A DNA stretch of 64,000 nucleotides from an uncultured Gemmatimonadales bacterium (GTDB lineage: Bacteria; Gemmatimonadota; Gemmatimonadetes; Gemmatimonadales; GWC2-71-9): contig CAWHFW010000005.1 in assembly GCA_963828735.1 (NCBI GenBank), positions 1,568,001 to 1,632,000 of the forward strand. Direction: 5' to 3'. The translations under genes were made by a program, and so were the position numbers. Position 1 is the first letter of the stretch. Each line of letters begins with the position of its first letter. Shown in pieces: positions 26,596-36,714 of the stretch. Below the pieces are notes generated by a model. The model saw nothing but the letters and a program-made list of their open reading frames with translations. It was not told the origin of the DNA and did not search any database.

Positions 26596-29500
26596 ATGAC
26601 GCCTCCGACCCTCGATCTGTTCACCGCGCTCCAGGCCGTGCTGGAACCGCAGTACAGGCTCGAGCGCGAGCTCGGACGAGGCGGTATGGGCGTGGTCTTT
26701 CTCGCCACCGACACCACGCTCGACCGGCGCGTCGCGATCAAGGCGGTGCACCCCGAGCTCGCCACGCACTCGTCGATCGGCCGACGCTTCCTCGCCGAAG
26801 CCCGCACCATCGCCCGGCTCCGCCACCCCAACGTGGTCGGCGTTCACGCCGCTGGAAGCGCTGACGGGCTCCTCTACTACGTGATGGACGAGGTCCAGGG
26901 CGAGAGCCTGCGCCAACGGCTCCTGCGCGAGCGCCGCCTCGACCCGGCCACCGCGACGCGCATCGTCGCCGACATGGCCGCCGCGCTCGACGCGGCCGCG
27001 CGGGCGGGCGTCGTCCACCGCGACGTGAAGCCGGAGAACGTGCTGCTCGACGAGGCCACCGGCCGAGCGATGCTGGCAGACTTCGGCATCGCGCGCGCGA
27101 TGGCTGGAGAGCAGGGGACCAGCAGCACCGGCCAGGGCGTCGCGGTGGGAACCCCGGCGTACATGAGTCCGGAGCAGGCGGCCGGCGAGGAGGTGGACAG
27201 CCGGAGCGATCTTTACGCGCTGGGCATCGTGGCCTACGAGATGCTCGTCGGCACGCCGCCGTTCCAGGGGCCCAACCGCGTCGTCGTGTCGAAGCACATC
27301 GCCGAGCGGCCCGCGCCGATCGATCGCCTGCGTCCGGACGTGCCGCGTCCGCTCGCCGCGGCGATCATGCGCGCGCTCGAGAAGCAGCCCGCGGACCGCT
27401 GGCAAACGGGCGACGCGTTCCGCCAGGCGCTCGCGGTCGAGCAGCCCGCGCCCCGGTCGGGGCGGCGGCGGCGGGTGGCGCTGGCGGCCGCGGCCACCGC
27501 GCTGGCCGTCGTAGCGGGCATCGTCGGGCTCTCCCGGCGGGCGGCCGGCCCGCCCACCGGGATCAATCCCCGGCACTCGATCCTGGTCCTGCCGTTCGAC
27601 AACCAGCGGGACGACCGCGCGGTCGATTGGCTCCGCGAGGGCAGCGTCAGCATGCTGGGCCTCAACCTGTCGCAGTGGAACGATCTTACGGTCGTGGACC
27701 ATGAGCGGCTCCACGACTTGCTGGCCAAGCATCGGCTTCGCCCGGGCGACGACATCGGCCTCGACATGGCGCGCCGCCTCGCGCGCGACGCGGGCGTGTG
27801 GACCGTGGTATTGGGTGATTTCGCGGAGGCCGGCGACTCGCTGCACCTCACCGCGCGGGTCTACGACGTGGCGAGCGGACGCCGGGTGGACGTGGCGCGC
27901 GTGGACGACCGGCCCGGCGCGGACGTGCGGCCGCTCTTCGACAACCTGGCCGCCAAGCTGCTCGATCTCTCCGGCGCGCCGAACGAGGTGCGGATCGGGC
28001 TGGCGCGCTCGACCACGGCGTCGCTCGAGGCGTACCGCGCCTATCTCAGCGGGGTCGAGCAGCTCAACCGGTGGGACCTCGCCGGGGCCGAGCGGGATCT
28101 CCATCGCGCCATTGAGCTCGACACGACCTTCGGACTCGCCTACTACAAGCTGGCGCTCACCCGCGGATGGCTCGTCGGTACGGGTGACTCGACCGCCGAC
28201 GCCGCGATCGTGCGGGCCACCGCGCATTCGGCGAACCTTCCCACGCACGACCGTACCGTGATCAACGCGTACCGCGCCTTCCTGGGCGGGGAGTATGCGG
28301 ACGCGCGGGCGGCGTACCAGCAGCTCCTCGCGCGGGACCAGGCCGATGCCGATGCCTGGTACGGACTCGGCGAGGCCTGGTTCCACGACACCACCGGCAC
28401 CAACGAGGCGCCGCACTGGACGGAGGCCATCCGCGCGTTCCGCAGGACACTCGCCCTGGATCCCGACTACGCGCTCGCGTACGACCACGTGCAGGCAATG
28501 CTCGGCAGCGCGGCCATGCAGCATCCCCCGTTCGCGCTGGTGACGCCGGATTCGTTCGCGGTGACCCAGACGCCCGACGGTCGTCCGCTGGTGGACAGCG
28601 CCATCGTGGCGGCCGCCGTCCGGCGTGCCCGGGCCGAGGCCCTGACCACGGCCCGCAGCTGGGTCGCATCCCAGCCGACGACACTCCGCGCGCACGGCGC
28701 GATGGTGGACGCATACATCGCCTCGGGGAACTTCGGGGCGGCACTCGCTGAAGTGGATCGGTTCCGGCAGAGCACGCCGGTCCACCCGGAGCTGCCCTTT
28801 GTCGAGGCGCGCATCCACTTCGCCTCGGGTCAGATCGAGCGCGCGGCCAAAGAGCTTCGCCTGGCCCTCGACACCGTGGCGCCGCAGGACTTCCGCAGCT
28901 ACGAAGGAACCCCGACGGTCGTGAGCGACATCGCCGCGGCGGCGAACGTGTTCGCGTACCAGGGCGACCTGTCCAACGCCGCCAAGACTATCGACCTGGC
29001 CGATCAGGTGCGACGCGAGGTGATCCAGACGCCCGGGCGCGGGAGCGAAGGTGGCGAGGGATGGCGACGCATGGCGCTCGGCGAGCTCTACGGCGCGACG
29101 GGCGTTCCGACCGCGTCGCTCCGACAGGTGTGGCAGAGCGCGGCGGAAGCGGTGCGGATGGCCCCGGCCGACCAGCGCACGCACGTGGCGCATAGCGGGG
29201 CGTCCGCGGCGATCGGACTGTTCACGGGGCCGACCGCGGACAGCAGCGCGCTCAACGAATACCGGACGCTCACCGGCGAGTCGCTCACCAAAGAAGTTCG
29301 CGCCCTGCTGGCCCTGAGCCGCGGCGACTCGGCCGCGGCGCGGCGCGCGCTGGCCGAGCCCGATTCGGTGCAGTCGAAGGTCATGTACGCCACCTACCGC
29401 CGCCCGCTCGCGGCGCAGGCGTACTACCTCCTTGGCGACTACCAAGCTACGCTGCGCCAACTCCAGGACTTCGAGCCCGAGGCGCTCCGAACGGGCGGCT

Positions 29501-29694
29501 TCGACTCGCGCTGGGGCATGTTGGGCCGGGTTCGCCTCCTCAGGGCCGCGGCTTTCGAGCAGCTCGGCCGCCGCGCGGAGGCCCGCGAGGAGTATCAGGA
29601 TGTCCTGAGCCAGTGGCGCACGGCCGACCCCTCCCTGCAGCCCTTCGTGCACCAGGCGCAGCAGGGGCTCGCCCGGCTGGGAAACGCTGGGTAG
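26596..29694 (+). CDS. Hanks-type Ser/Thr protein kinase with TM and TPR region
   Basis: LGRGGMGVV, VAIK, HRDVKPEN, DFG, GTPAYMSPEQ; ILVLPFDN segment; TPR-like repeats. Confidence 0.93.
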   Translation: MTPPTLDLFTALQAVLEPQYRLERELGRGGMGVVFLATDTTLDRRVAIKAVHPELATHSSIGRRFLAEARTIARLRHPNVVGVHAAGSADGLLYYVMDEVQGESLRQRLLRERRLDPATATRIVADMAAALDAAARAGVVHRDVKPENVLLDEATGRAMLADFGIARAMAGEQGTSSTGQGVAVGTPAYMSPEQAAGEEVDSRSDLYALGIVAYEMLVGTPPFQGPNRVVVSKHIAERPAPIDRLRPDVPRPLAAAIMRALEKQPADRWQTGDAFRQALAVEQPAPRSGRRRRVALAAAATALAVVAGIVGLSRRAAGPPTGINPRHSILVLPFDNQRDDRAVDWLREGSVSMLGLNLSQWNDLTVVDHERLHDLLAKHRLRPGDDIGLDMARRLARDAGVWTVVLGDFAEAGDSLHLTARVYDVASGRRVDVARVDDRPGADVRPLFDNLAAKLLDLSGAPNEVRIGLARSTTASLEAYRAYLSGVEQLNRWDLAGAERDLHRAIELDTTFGLAYYKLALTRGWLVGTGDSTADAAIVRATAHSANLPTHDRTVINAYRAFLGGEYADARAAYQQLLARDQADADAWYGLGEAWFHDTTGTNEAPHWTEAIRAFRRTLALDPDYALAYDHVQAMLGSAAMQHPPFALVTPDSFAVTQTPDGRPLVDSAIVAAAVRRARAEALTTARSWVASQPTTLRAHGAMVDAYIASGNFGAALAEVDRFRQSTPVHPELPFVEARIHFASGQIERAAKELRLALDTVAPQDFRSYEGTPTVVSDIAAAANVFAYQGDLSNAAKTIDLADQVRREVIQTPGRGSEGGEGWRRMALGELYGATGVPTASLRQVWQSAAEAVRMAPADQRTHVAHSGASAAIGLFTGPTADSSALNEYRTLTGESLTKEVRALLALSRGDSAAARRALAEPDSVQSKVMYATYRRPLAAQAYYLLGDYQATLRQLQDFEPEALRTGGFDSRWGMLGRVRLLRAAAFEQLGRRAEAREEYQDVLSQWRTADPSLQPFVHQAQQGLARLGNAG

Positions 29695-29854
29695 CGGACG
29701 CGCAACACCGCAGGTGGCGGGATCGGACCGTCATCCCAAGCGCAGGGGAGGGGCTTCTCCCCTGCGATTCGATCCTGCCCCCACCGACGACGTCAGGTCG
29801 TCCGATCCCCCTCCCGCCTTCTCCGCCCCTTTCCGAGCGTTATATTTCGCGCGC

Positions 29855-30223
29855 TGGCCGAGCGTGATGGTCGCGAACGCCTTCGGGCGTCTCGAGGAAA
29901 GTCCGAGCTCCAACGGGTAGACTGCCAGGTAACGCCTGGGCGCCGAAAGGCGACGGACAGGGCCACAGAAAACAGACCGCCCATCGGGCAACCGGTGGGT
30001 AAGGGTGAAACGGTGGGGTAAGAGCCCACCGCGCCACCGGCAACGGCGGCGGCACGGTAACCCCCAGTCGGAGCAAGGCCAAATAAGCGGCGAGGTGTGA
30101 CCCACACCGTGCTGGACCAGCCGCGGGTAGGCTGCTCGAGGTGGCCGGCGACGGCCATCCCAGACAGATGACCATCCCAGGCGCGCGAGCGCCGGGAACA
30201 GAACTCGGCTTACGGCTCGACCA
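29855..30223 (+). ncRNA. rnpB: RNase P RNA (type A)
   Basis: GAGGAAAGTCCGAGCTC, GCCACAGAAAACAGACCGCC, GGGTGAAACGGTGGGGTAAGAGCCCACC, GGAGCAAGGCCAAA, ACAGAACTCGGCTTA; P1 TGGCCGAGC/GCTCGACCA; TATATT -10 at 29841. Confidence 0.97.
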
Positions 30224-30284
30224 GTGGCGGCCCTCCAGACCTGGTTCGGAGGGCCGTCGAGCTTCCGACCCGACGAGGCCCTAC

Positions 30285-31067
30285 ATGCTCGCTCGCCATC
30301 TCGCCTGCACGACGCTCGCCGCTCTCCTCGGCGCTGCGCCCCTCGCACGCGGTCCCGTCACCAGCCGGTTTCGGGTCGATCAGACCCTCACCCAGGAGAT
30401 CGACGCGACCGGCGCCGGCAAGGGCAAGCAGAGCCTCTCGTTCTCGACCTCGAGCTTCCTGAGCGTCACGCTCGGCGACACGTCGGGCGGCAAGTCGGTG
30501 CGCATCGTGGTCGACTCGATGCTCGGCGACAGCGCGACGCCGATTCCGGCGGCCGTGTTCGACAGTGCCAGGGGAGCCGAATTCCACGCGTTCCTGAGCG
30601 CGGCTGGCAAGTTGTCCGACCTCGAGGCCGTGAACGTGTCGCCCGCCGCCGCGCAGGTGCAGGGATTTCTGACCGACTTCTTCCCCTGGGTCAAAGCCGG
30701 GGCCAAGACCGGCGAGCAGTGGGCCGACACCACCTCTCGAACCACGACCGACGGCACTGACAGCGTGGTGGTGAAGCGCGTGATCGTCTACCGGGTCGAA
30801 GGGACGGAGAAGCGCGCGAGCCGCAAGGCGCTGCGCATCGCGAGCGAGTATGCCTCTACGGTCGCGGGCCGGCAGCCCACGGACAACGGGCCCGCACGCA
30901 TCGAGGGCACCGGCAAAGGCACCGGCACCTACTTCGTGAGCTCTGACGGCACCTACCTAGGCGGAGACTGGCAGCTCCGGTCCGCCCTGCTGGTCTCGAG
31001 CTCGCTCTCGGATCACCCGCTGCCGATCACCATCACTCAGACGACCAAGGTCACCCCTCTCCAATGA
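30285..31067 (+). CDS. Secreted beta-rich hypothetical protein
   Basis: Signal peptide; FFPW..GEQWADTT motif shared with next gene. Confidence 0.75.
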   Translation: MLARHLACTTLAALLGAAPLARGPVTSRFRVDQTLTQEIDATGAGKGKQSLSFSTSSFLSVTLGDTSGGKSVRIVVDSMLGDSATPIPAAVFDSARGAEFHAFLSAAGKLSDLEAVNVSPAAAQVQGFLTDFFPWVKAGAKTGEQWADTTSRTTTDGTDSVVVKRVIVYRVEGTEKRASRKALRIASEYASTVAGRQPTDNGPARIEGTGKGTGTYFVSSDGTYLGGDWQLRSALLVSSSLSDHPLPITITQTTKVTPLQ

Positions 31068-31960
31068 GCCGGACGCGTTTCATCCCGAGCGCCGTGCTTG
31101 CCGCCGTGCTCATCGCGGCGTGCAGCTCGGGCACGACCGCCAATCCCCCGGCCACCAGTCCCGCACCCCGACCCGGTGAGCCGGCGCCGACGCCCACAAC
31201 GTCAGGCAAGGGTCCGGCCGTCGCCTACAAGCCGGTCCGCGCCGCGGCCTATCGGCTCGAGCGGCACGACAGTCTCACGCTGCAGTACCCCGGCGGGGCC
31301 ACGCAGGAGCAGGTTCGCGATCGCATCGCCTTCGTCCACGTCACGCTCGCGGAGGCCTCGGCGCCGGGGACGTTCAACGTGACGGTGGTCCTCGACTCGC
31401 TTCAGGCACTCGAGAGCGGTCAGCCGGTGGCGCCGGATTCCCTCCTGGCGGCGCGCGGCACCCGCTGGACCGCGACCCTCAGCTCGACCGGGGGCCTCGG
31501 CCCGCTCACCACGGACAAGCAGGGCACGCTGCCGGACGAGCTGACCGGGCGACTCCGCCTCCTGTTCCCGGCGCTCCCCGCCGGCGGCGTGCGGGAAGGC
31601 ATGGAGTGGACCGATACCACCGAGTACCGGCTCACGGCCGATGCGTTTCCCGGCACGGAGCGGGCGGTGACGACCTACAAGGCCGCGCCCGCCGACGCCT
31701 CCGGAGGGAAGAAAGGCGTTACGCTCCAGAGCACCGGCTCGTACCAGCGCAGCGGAACGCGGACCCAGGCGGACCAGGAGCTGCAGATGTCCTCCACCGG
31801 CACGCGCCGCCAGTCGCAGGTGCTGGGGCTGGATGGCGTGCTCCTGTCCGCGCAGGGGGCCGAGGCCGGCGACATGACCATCACGGTGCCCACCGTGGGG
31901 CAGACCGTGCCGGTGCAGCAGCGTGGCAGCTATTCGGTGACGTCGCTCTCGGCCCGCTAG
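31064..31960 (+). CDS. Beta-rich hypothetical lipoprotein, likely paralogue of upstream gene
   Basis: IAAC lipobox; LFPALP..GMEWTDTT; ATGA overlap. Confidence 0.75.
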   Translation: MSRTRFIPSAVLAAVLIAACSSGTTANPPATSPAPRPGEPAPTPTTSGKGPAVAYKPVRAAAYRLERHDSLTLQYPGGATQEQVRDRIAFVHVTLAEASAPGTFNVTVVLDSLQALESGQPVAPDSLLAARGTRWTATLSSTGGLGPLTTDKQGTLPDELTGRLRLLFPALPAGGVREGMEWTDTTEYRLTADAFPGTERAVTTYKAAPADASGGKKGVTLQSTGSYQRSGTRTQADQELQMSSTGTRRQSQVLGLDGVLLSAQGAEAGDMTITVPTVGQTVPVQQRGSYSVTSLSAR

Positions 31961-31972
31961 CCGCCGCGCGAC

Positions 31973-32944
31973 GTGACGCGTCCGCGCCTCCGCCGCTTGC
32001 TGGTCGCCGTCCTCGTCCTTCCGGCCGCGTTCCTCACATGGCTGCTGGCGGTCTGGCCGCCTCCCATCTGGTATCGCACCCACTGGCCCGCGACGACCGC
32101 GTTCATGACGATGCGGGGCGGCGATCCCGCCCGGCGACGCTACCGTCCCGTGCCGCTCGATTCGATCGCCCGCAGCCTTCGCGACGCGACCACGACCGGT
32201 GAGGACGCGCGGTTCTGGGGCCACCCAGGGCTCGACTACGTCGAGATCCGGCACGCGCTGGGGTATCGCCGCGCGAGCTTCGCCTGGGGCTCGGAGAGGG
32301 ATCGGGAGGAGTTGTGGCGGGTGCTGGACAACGGGTGGGGGCGCCGCGAGGCGCTTCGCGGGGCCAGCACCATCACGCAGCAGGTGGCCAAGAATCTCTA
32401 CCTGTCACCGTCGCGAAACCCGCTGCGGAAGATCAAGGAAGCCCTGACCGCCTATCGGTTGGAGCGGGCGCTGGGCAAGCGGCGGATCCTCGAGCTCTAC
32501 CTCAACATCGCGGAGTTGGGTGACGGCATCTGGGGTGTCGAAGCCGCGAGCCGTCGCTACTTCAAGACCTCGGCGCGGCGACTGACCGACACCCAGGCTG
32601 CGTCGCTCGCCGCTACGCTGCCGTTCCCGCTACGCTCGAATCCCGGGTACCGTCCGAGCCGCATGCGTCGCCGCCAGGACCTCATCCTCCGGCGAATGCA
32701 CGGCGAGCCGATCGAGGTCCCGAAGGTCGAAGAGGAGCCGGTCATTCAACCCGGCGATACGATCCAGTGGACGCCGGGCATCGATTCTCTGCTCGATTCG
32801 CTTCGAGCGCCGGTCGAGACGCTGCCGCCGTCGCCCGGGTCGGCCGGGGATTCGACCGCGGGATGGCCGCCCGCGGATTCAACCCCCGCGGGTGCGGCGC
32901 AGGCGGATTCGGGAGCCATCATTCCATCCGATTCCTCGCCCTGA
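31973..32944 (+). CDS. mtgA: Monofunctional peptidoglycan glycosyltransferase (GT51)
   Basis: EDARFWGH, RGASTITQQVAKNL, RKIKE, KRRILELYLN. Confidence 0.88.
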   Translation: MTRPRLRRLLVAVLVLPAAFLTWLLAVWPPPIWYRTHWPATTAFMTMRGGDPARRRYRPVPLDSIARSLRDATTTGEDARFWGHPGLDYVEIRHALGYRRASFAWGSERDREELWRVLDNGWGRREALRGASTITQQVAKNLYLSPSRNPLRKIKEALTAYRLERALGKRRILELYLNIAELGDGIWGVEAASRRYFKTSARRLTDTQAASLAATLPFPLRSNPGYRPSRMRRRQDLILRRMHGEPIEVPKVEEEPVIQPGDTIQWTPGIDSLLDSLRAPVETLPPSPGSAGDSTAGWPPADSTPAGAAQADSGAIIPSDSSP

Positions 32945-32951
32945 GAAACAC

Positions 32952-32982
32952 GAAGGGGGCACGCGCTCGGCATGCCCCCTTC
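32952..32982. terminator. Hairpin family copy 3 between convergent genes
   Basis: GAAGGGGGCACGC-GCTCG-GCATGCCCCCTTC. Confidence 0.75.
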
Positions 32983-33002
32983 CCGCGCGGAGCGTCGCCG
33001 AC

Positions 33003-33440
33003 TCAAGCCGCGGGCTCGGGATCCGGCTGGGGTTCCCGGACGACACGATCCGCATCGGAGAAGCGCTCATCGGTCCGCCGCAGGCGCTCGGCGATCCGGC
33101 GCCGCACGTCCGGGCCGCTCTCCGGCGTGAGGAGCGCGACGAGGCCAGCGCCCACCGCCAAGCCGATCAGGGCCGAGGAGCGGCGCTGCCGCCGCCGCCG
33201 GACCACGCGCCGGCCGAGCTCGCGCCGGACGCCCTGGAACACACCCTCGGCGTCCCCCCGCAAATCCTTGATCCGCTCCCCGACGAGCCGGCGTGTCCTG
33301 GAGCCCTCCGCCGGCGCATAGAGCATGGCCGCTCCGGCCCCCAGGGCGAGTGCGAAGAGTGCAAGACCGAGAAAGCCACCGCCGCCCTCCTCCTCCTGCT
33401 CGGAGTCCTCGAGGTCGAAGTTGTCGATGTCCCTGCGCAT
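33003..33440 (-). CDS. YtxH-like protein with two YtxH motifs
   Basis: GAGAAMLYAPAEGSRTR and GAGLVALLTPESGPDVR; SD GGAGG. Confidence 0.7.
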   Translation of the reverse strand: MRRDIDNFDLEDSEQEEEGGGGFLGLALFALALGAGAAMLYAPAEGSRTRRLVGERIKDLRGDAEGVFQGVRRELGRRVVRRRRQRRSSALIGLAVGAGLVALLTPESGPDVRRRIAERLRRTDERFSDADRVVREPQPDPEPAA

Positions 33441-33510
33441 ATGACCTCCACGCTGACGTTGTCCCGCTATCAATCCCGCAGACGAACGATCCCACCTCCC
33501 TAAAGTACTA

Positions 33511-33540
33511 CGGTGCCCGCCGGCGAGGCCGGGGGCACCG
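33511..33540 (-). terminator. GC-rich hairpin after dnaN
   Basis: CGGTGCCC-GCCGGC-GAG-GCCGG-GGGCACCG followed on - by TAGTACTTT. Confidence 0.55.
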
Positions 33541-33559
33541 TCACAGCAGCCACCGGCGA

Positions 33560-34675
33560 CTAGTCGACGAGGCGCAGTGGCATCACCAGCGTCAGATAGC
33601 TCGACGGGTCGTTCCACCCCACCGGTTCGCACGTGGCGGCACGCTCGGGGGCCTTGAAGGTCATCCTGACCTCGTCGGTCGGGATGTACTTCAGGATCTC
33701 CAGCAGGTACGACGCGTTGAAGCCGATCTCGAGCGGATCGCCGTCGTAGCTGACGGTGATCTCCTCCTGGGCCTCGCCCAGATCGGGGGTCTGGACGGAG
33801 AGCTTGCACGAGCCGTTGGCGAAGGCCATGCGGATCCGGTGTGTCTGGTCGCTCGCTACGATGCTCATGCGGCGGAGCGCGGCGGAGAACGCGGCCTTGT
33901 CGGCAGTGGCCGATTTGTCGTTTTCGCGAGGGATGACCTGCTCGTAGTTCGGGTAGGGTCCCTCGATGAGCCGGGTGAACACCTGGGTCGACGCCGATCG
34001 GAACCCGAGATGGTTCTCGCTGCGGGCGATCTCGACCTCCTCCTCGGCTTTGAACAGGCGGCGGATCTGCTCGAGCGCCTTGGGCGGCACGATGAGATCG
34101 GCCTGGGCCGAGCTGCCTGCGGGCGGCGTGGGCACGTCCATCCGGGCCAGGCGGTGCCCGTTGGTGGCCACCATGCGCATGCGCTCCGGCCGGAGCTCCC
34201 AGAGCACGCCGTTGAGAATCGGCCGGCTTTCCTCGGTGCTCGCCGCGAAGGCCACGTGGGCGATGAGCTTCTGCAGGTCCTTGGACGACGTGCGCCAGCC
34301 GCCGTCGAACTTCACCGTCGGGAACGCGGGAAATTCCTCGCGCGGGAGGCCGAGGAGGCGGAACTTGGAGCGGCCGCATTCGATGCTTACCCGCTGCTCA
34401 CCCGATGCGGTGAGCCGGATGGCCGCACTCGGGAGCTCGCGCACGATCTCGACCAGCTTGCGCGCCGGGAGCGTGATGGCGCCCTCCTGATCCACCGACG
34501 CCGACACCGTGGTGCTCACCGAGATGTCGAGATCGGTCCCCGAGAGACGAATGGCGTCCTTGGTCGCCTCGAGGAGAATGTTGGACAGGATGGGAAGCGT
34601 CGTCTTGGCCGGCACGCTGGCAGCGACCGCGACGAGGCCTTCCTGGAGTTGCTCCCGCGTAATGGTGAGCTTCAT
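33560..34675 (-). CDS. dnaN: DNA polymerase III beta sliding clamp
   Basis: LPILSNILL, GTDLD, RPILNGV, ATNGHRLA, RLIEGPYPNYEQVIP, VMPLRL. Confidence 0.97.
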   Translation of the reverse strand: MKLTITREQLQEGLVAVAASVPAKTTLPILSNILLEATKDAIRLSGTDLDISVSTTVSASVDQEGAITLPARKLVEIVRELPSAAIRLTASGEQRVSIECGRSKFRLLGLPREEFPAFPTVKFDGGWRTSSKDLQKLIAHVAFAASTEESRPILNGVLWELRPERMRMVATNGHRLARMDVPTPPAGSSAQADLIVPPKALEQIRRLFKAEEEVEIARSENHLGFRSASTQVFTRLIEGPYPNYEQVIPRENDKSATADKAAFSAALRRMSIVASDQTHRIRMAFANGSCKLSVQTPDLGEAQEEITVSYDGDPLEIGFNASYLLEILKYIPTDEVRMTFKAPERAATCEPVGWNDPSSYLTLVMPLRLVD

Positions 34676-34894
34676 GCCGCTCCTTGCCGGGGAAAAAGCA
34701 GTACTACTCTACCCTTTTATAATACTTAGCAGTGGTAGTAGAGGCTCTGGAAATGTGGGCCGGTGGCGTAACGTCACCGGCCTTCCGCATTTGCTGGCTC
34801 CGCATCGTGTCGACATCCTGTGGGGCGTGGGGACGATCCGCCAGGTATACCCACGCTCGTCCAGAGTTCCCACACGACGACCGACGAGCGGGGA
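34676..34894. other. Probable oriC with DnaA-trio unwinding element
   Basis: dnaA-dnaN intergenic; AT-rich TTTTATAATACTTA; TAG-CAG-TGG-TAG-TAG trios 34727-34741; degenerate DnaA boxes. Confidence 0.8.
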
Positions 34895-36277
34895 TTATTC
34901 TGCGCACAACTCCTGACGCGCGTGGTCGACGCGCTCGCGGAAGGTGCGATCGCGCGACATCTGCCGGCTGACCTTGTCCACGCTGTGGATCACCGTGGAG
35001 TGATCGCGCCCCCCGAATGCCTGGCCGATCTCCACGAGCTGCATCTCCAGCAGCTCGCGCGCGAGGTACATCGCGATCTGCCTCGGCACCGTCAGCGTCT
35101 TGATGCGAGCCTTGGAGCGAAGCCCCTCGGGTGTCACTCCCCAGCGCCGGGCCACGACCTCCTGCACCTTGTTGATGGACGGCAGGGCCTTGGGCGAGGC
35201 CATCCCGTCCTCGCCGGGCCGGATCTTGTCGCTCAGCGCTTCGCGAGCCAGCTCGATCGACACTTCCTTGTGCTTGAGCGAGGCGAACAGCAGCAGCTTG
35301 ATGATGCAGCCCTCGAGCTCGCGCACGTTGGACCGGACGTGCTCGGCGATGAACCGCAGCACGTCGTCGGGAATGGTGAGCTCCAGGTGGTCCTGCTCCT
35401 GCTTCTTCCGCAGGATGGCGATCCGGTGCTCGAGGTCGGGCTGGCCGATGTCGGCCACCATGCCCCACTCGAACCGGCTGACCAGCCGGGCCTCGAGGCC
35501 CGGGATCTCCTTGGGCGGCCGGTCCGAGGTCAGCACGATCTGCTTGTTGCCCTCGTACAACGCGTTAAACGTATGGAAGAACTCCTCCTGCGTCATTTCC
35601 TTGCCTTCGAGGAAATGGACGTCATCCACCAGGAAGAGATCCACGTCGGCCCGGTAGCGCCGCCGGAATTCGGGCATCGTCCGGCTGTGGATGCTCTCGA
35701 TGACCTCGTTGATGAACTGCTCGGCGCCCACATACAGTACCCGCGTCTCGGGCTGGCGCTGGCAGACGCCGTGCGCGATGGCCTGCATGAGGTGGGTCTT
35801 CCCCAGGCCGGTCGCACCGTAGATGAAGAGTGGGTTGTAGGTCTTGCCGGGAGACTCCGCCGCCGCGTGGGCGGCCGCGGCCGCGAGCTCGTTGGACTTG
35901 CCGATAACGAAGGTATCGAAGGTGTAGCGCTCGTTGAGTGGCTGCGTGCTGGGATTGACCGGAACGACCGCGGCGGCTGGCACCGTGGGCGCGACGAAGA
36001 AATCCATCTGCGGCCGCTTCTGACGATCCTCGTGGACGCGAAACACCACCGACGTCGGGTGTCCAATGACCGGTTCGGCCAGCTTGGACAGCAACGTCGC
36101 GTGCTTGGTCTCGTTCCACTCGACGGCGAACTGATCAGGCGCTCCGACGATCAGCCGGCCCTCATCGAGGGCAATCGCCTCGGTGGGCTCCAGCCAAGTC
36201 CGGATCGTGTGATCAGGAAGTTCGCGATGCGCCTCGTCGAGGATGCGCTTCCATGCGTCTTTAGCGGACAGCTGCAT
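34895..36277 (-). CDS. dnaA: Chromosomal replication initiator
   Basis: YNPLFIYGATGLGKTHL, QEEFFHTFN, SDRPP, NVRELEG, GGRDHSTVIH. Confidence 0.98.
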   Translation of the reverse strand: MQLSAKDAWKRILDEAHRELPDHTIRTWLEPTEAIALDEGRLIVGAPDQFAVEWNETKHATLLSKLAEPVIGHPTSVVFRVHEDRQKRPQMDFFVAPTVPAAAVVPVNPSTQPLNERYTFDTFVIGKSNELAAAAAHAAAESPGKTYNPLFIYGATGLGKTHLMQAIAHGVCQRQPETRVLYVGAEQFINEVIESIHSRTMPEFRRRYRADVDLFLVDDVHFLEGKEMTQEEFFHTFNALYEGNKQIVLTSDRPPKEIPGLEARLVSRFEWGMVADIGQPDLEHRIAILRKKQEQDHLELTIPDDVLRFIAEHVRSNVRELEGCIIKLLLFASLKHKEVSIELAREALSDKIRPGEDGMASPKALPSINKVQEVVARRWGVTPEGLRSKARIKTLTVPRQIAMYLARELLEMQLVEIGQAFGGRDHSTVIHSVDKVSRQMSRDRTFRERVDHARQELCAE

Positions 36278-36332
36278 CGGGACTCGAAAACGGTGGGAGA
36301 TTGATCAAGGGCGAGAGATGTTACGGAACGGT

Positions 36333-36341
36333 TGTGGAAAA
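36333..36341 (-). promoter_or_regulatory. DnaA box upstream of dnaA
   Basis: TTTTCCACA on -, 8/9 match to TTATCCACA. Confidence 0.6.
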
Positions 36342-36552
36342 GTCAACCGTGCTTCAAATCGCACTGCGGCGCACTTGACAGCGCGAAAAATTTGCGCACG
36401 CCCAGATGAAAGCATGCTGTCGCGATGGTGAGCGAGAGATCTGCGGATGCAGCGACGATGGCGCGGCGCGAGTTCCGGCAGCTGTGCCGCCAGCTTGACC
36501 GAAGGCCGATCTCTAACTAGGTTCCCCGGCTCACTTTGGAGGAACGCCCGCA

Positions 36553-36714
36553 ATGAAGCCATCGTATCGGCCGCGCAACAAGCGCCGGATCAACAAGCAC
36601 GGATTCCGCGCGCGCATGGCCACGCGCTGGGGACGGGCAGTCCTCTCCCGCCGCCGCAAGAAGGGCCGCAAGCGGCTCACGGTCTCGTTGCCGTCGAAGC
36701 ACGGGGGCTCCTGA
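36553..36714 (+). CDS. rpmH: 50S ribosomal protein L34 (absent from the ORF track)
   Basis: [60 protein letters not shown]. Confidence 0.97.
   Translation: MKPSYRPRNKRRINKHGFRARMATRWGRAVLSRRRKKGRKRLTVSLPSKHGGS

Noticed and set aside
29731..30348. Minus-strand ORFs over 29.7-30.3 kb
   Set aside because: Antisense to rnpB; spurious.
34704..35468. ORFs crossing the dnaA-dnaN spacer
   Set aside because: Alternative frames of dnaA; the spacer has origin features.
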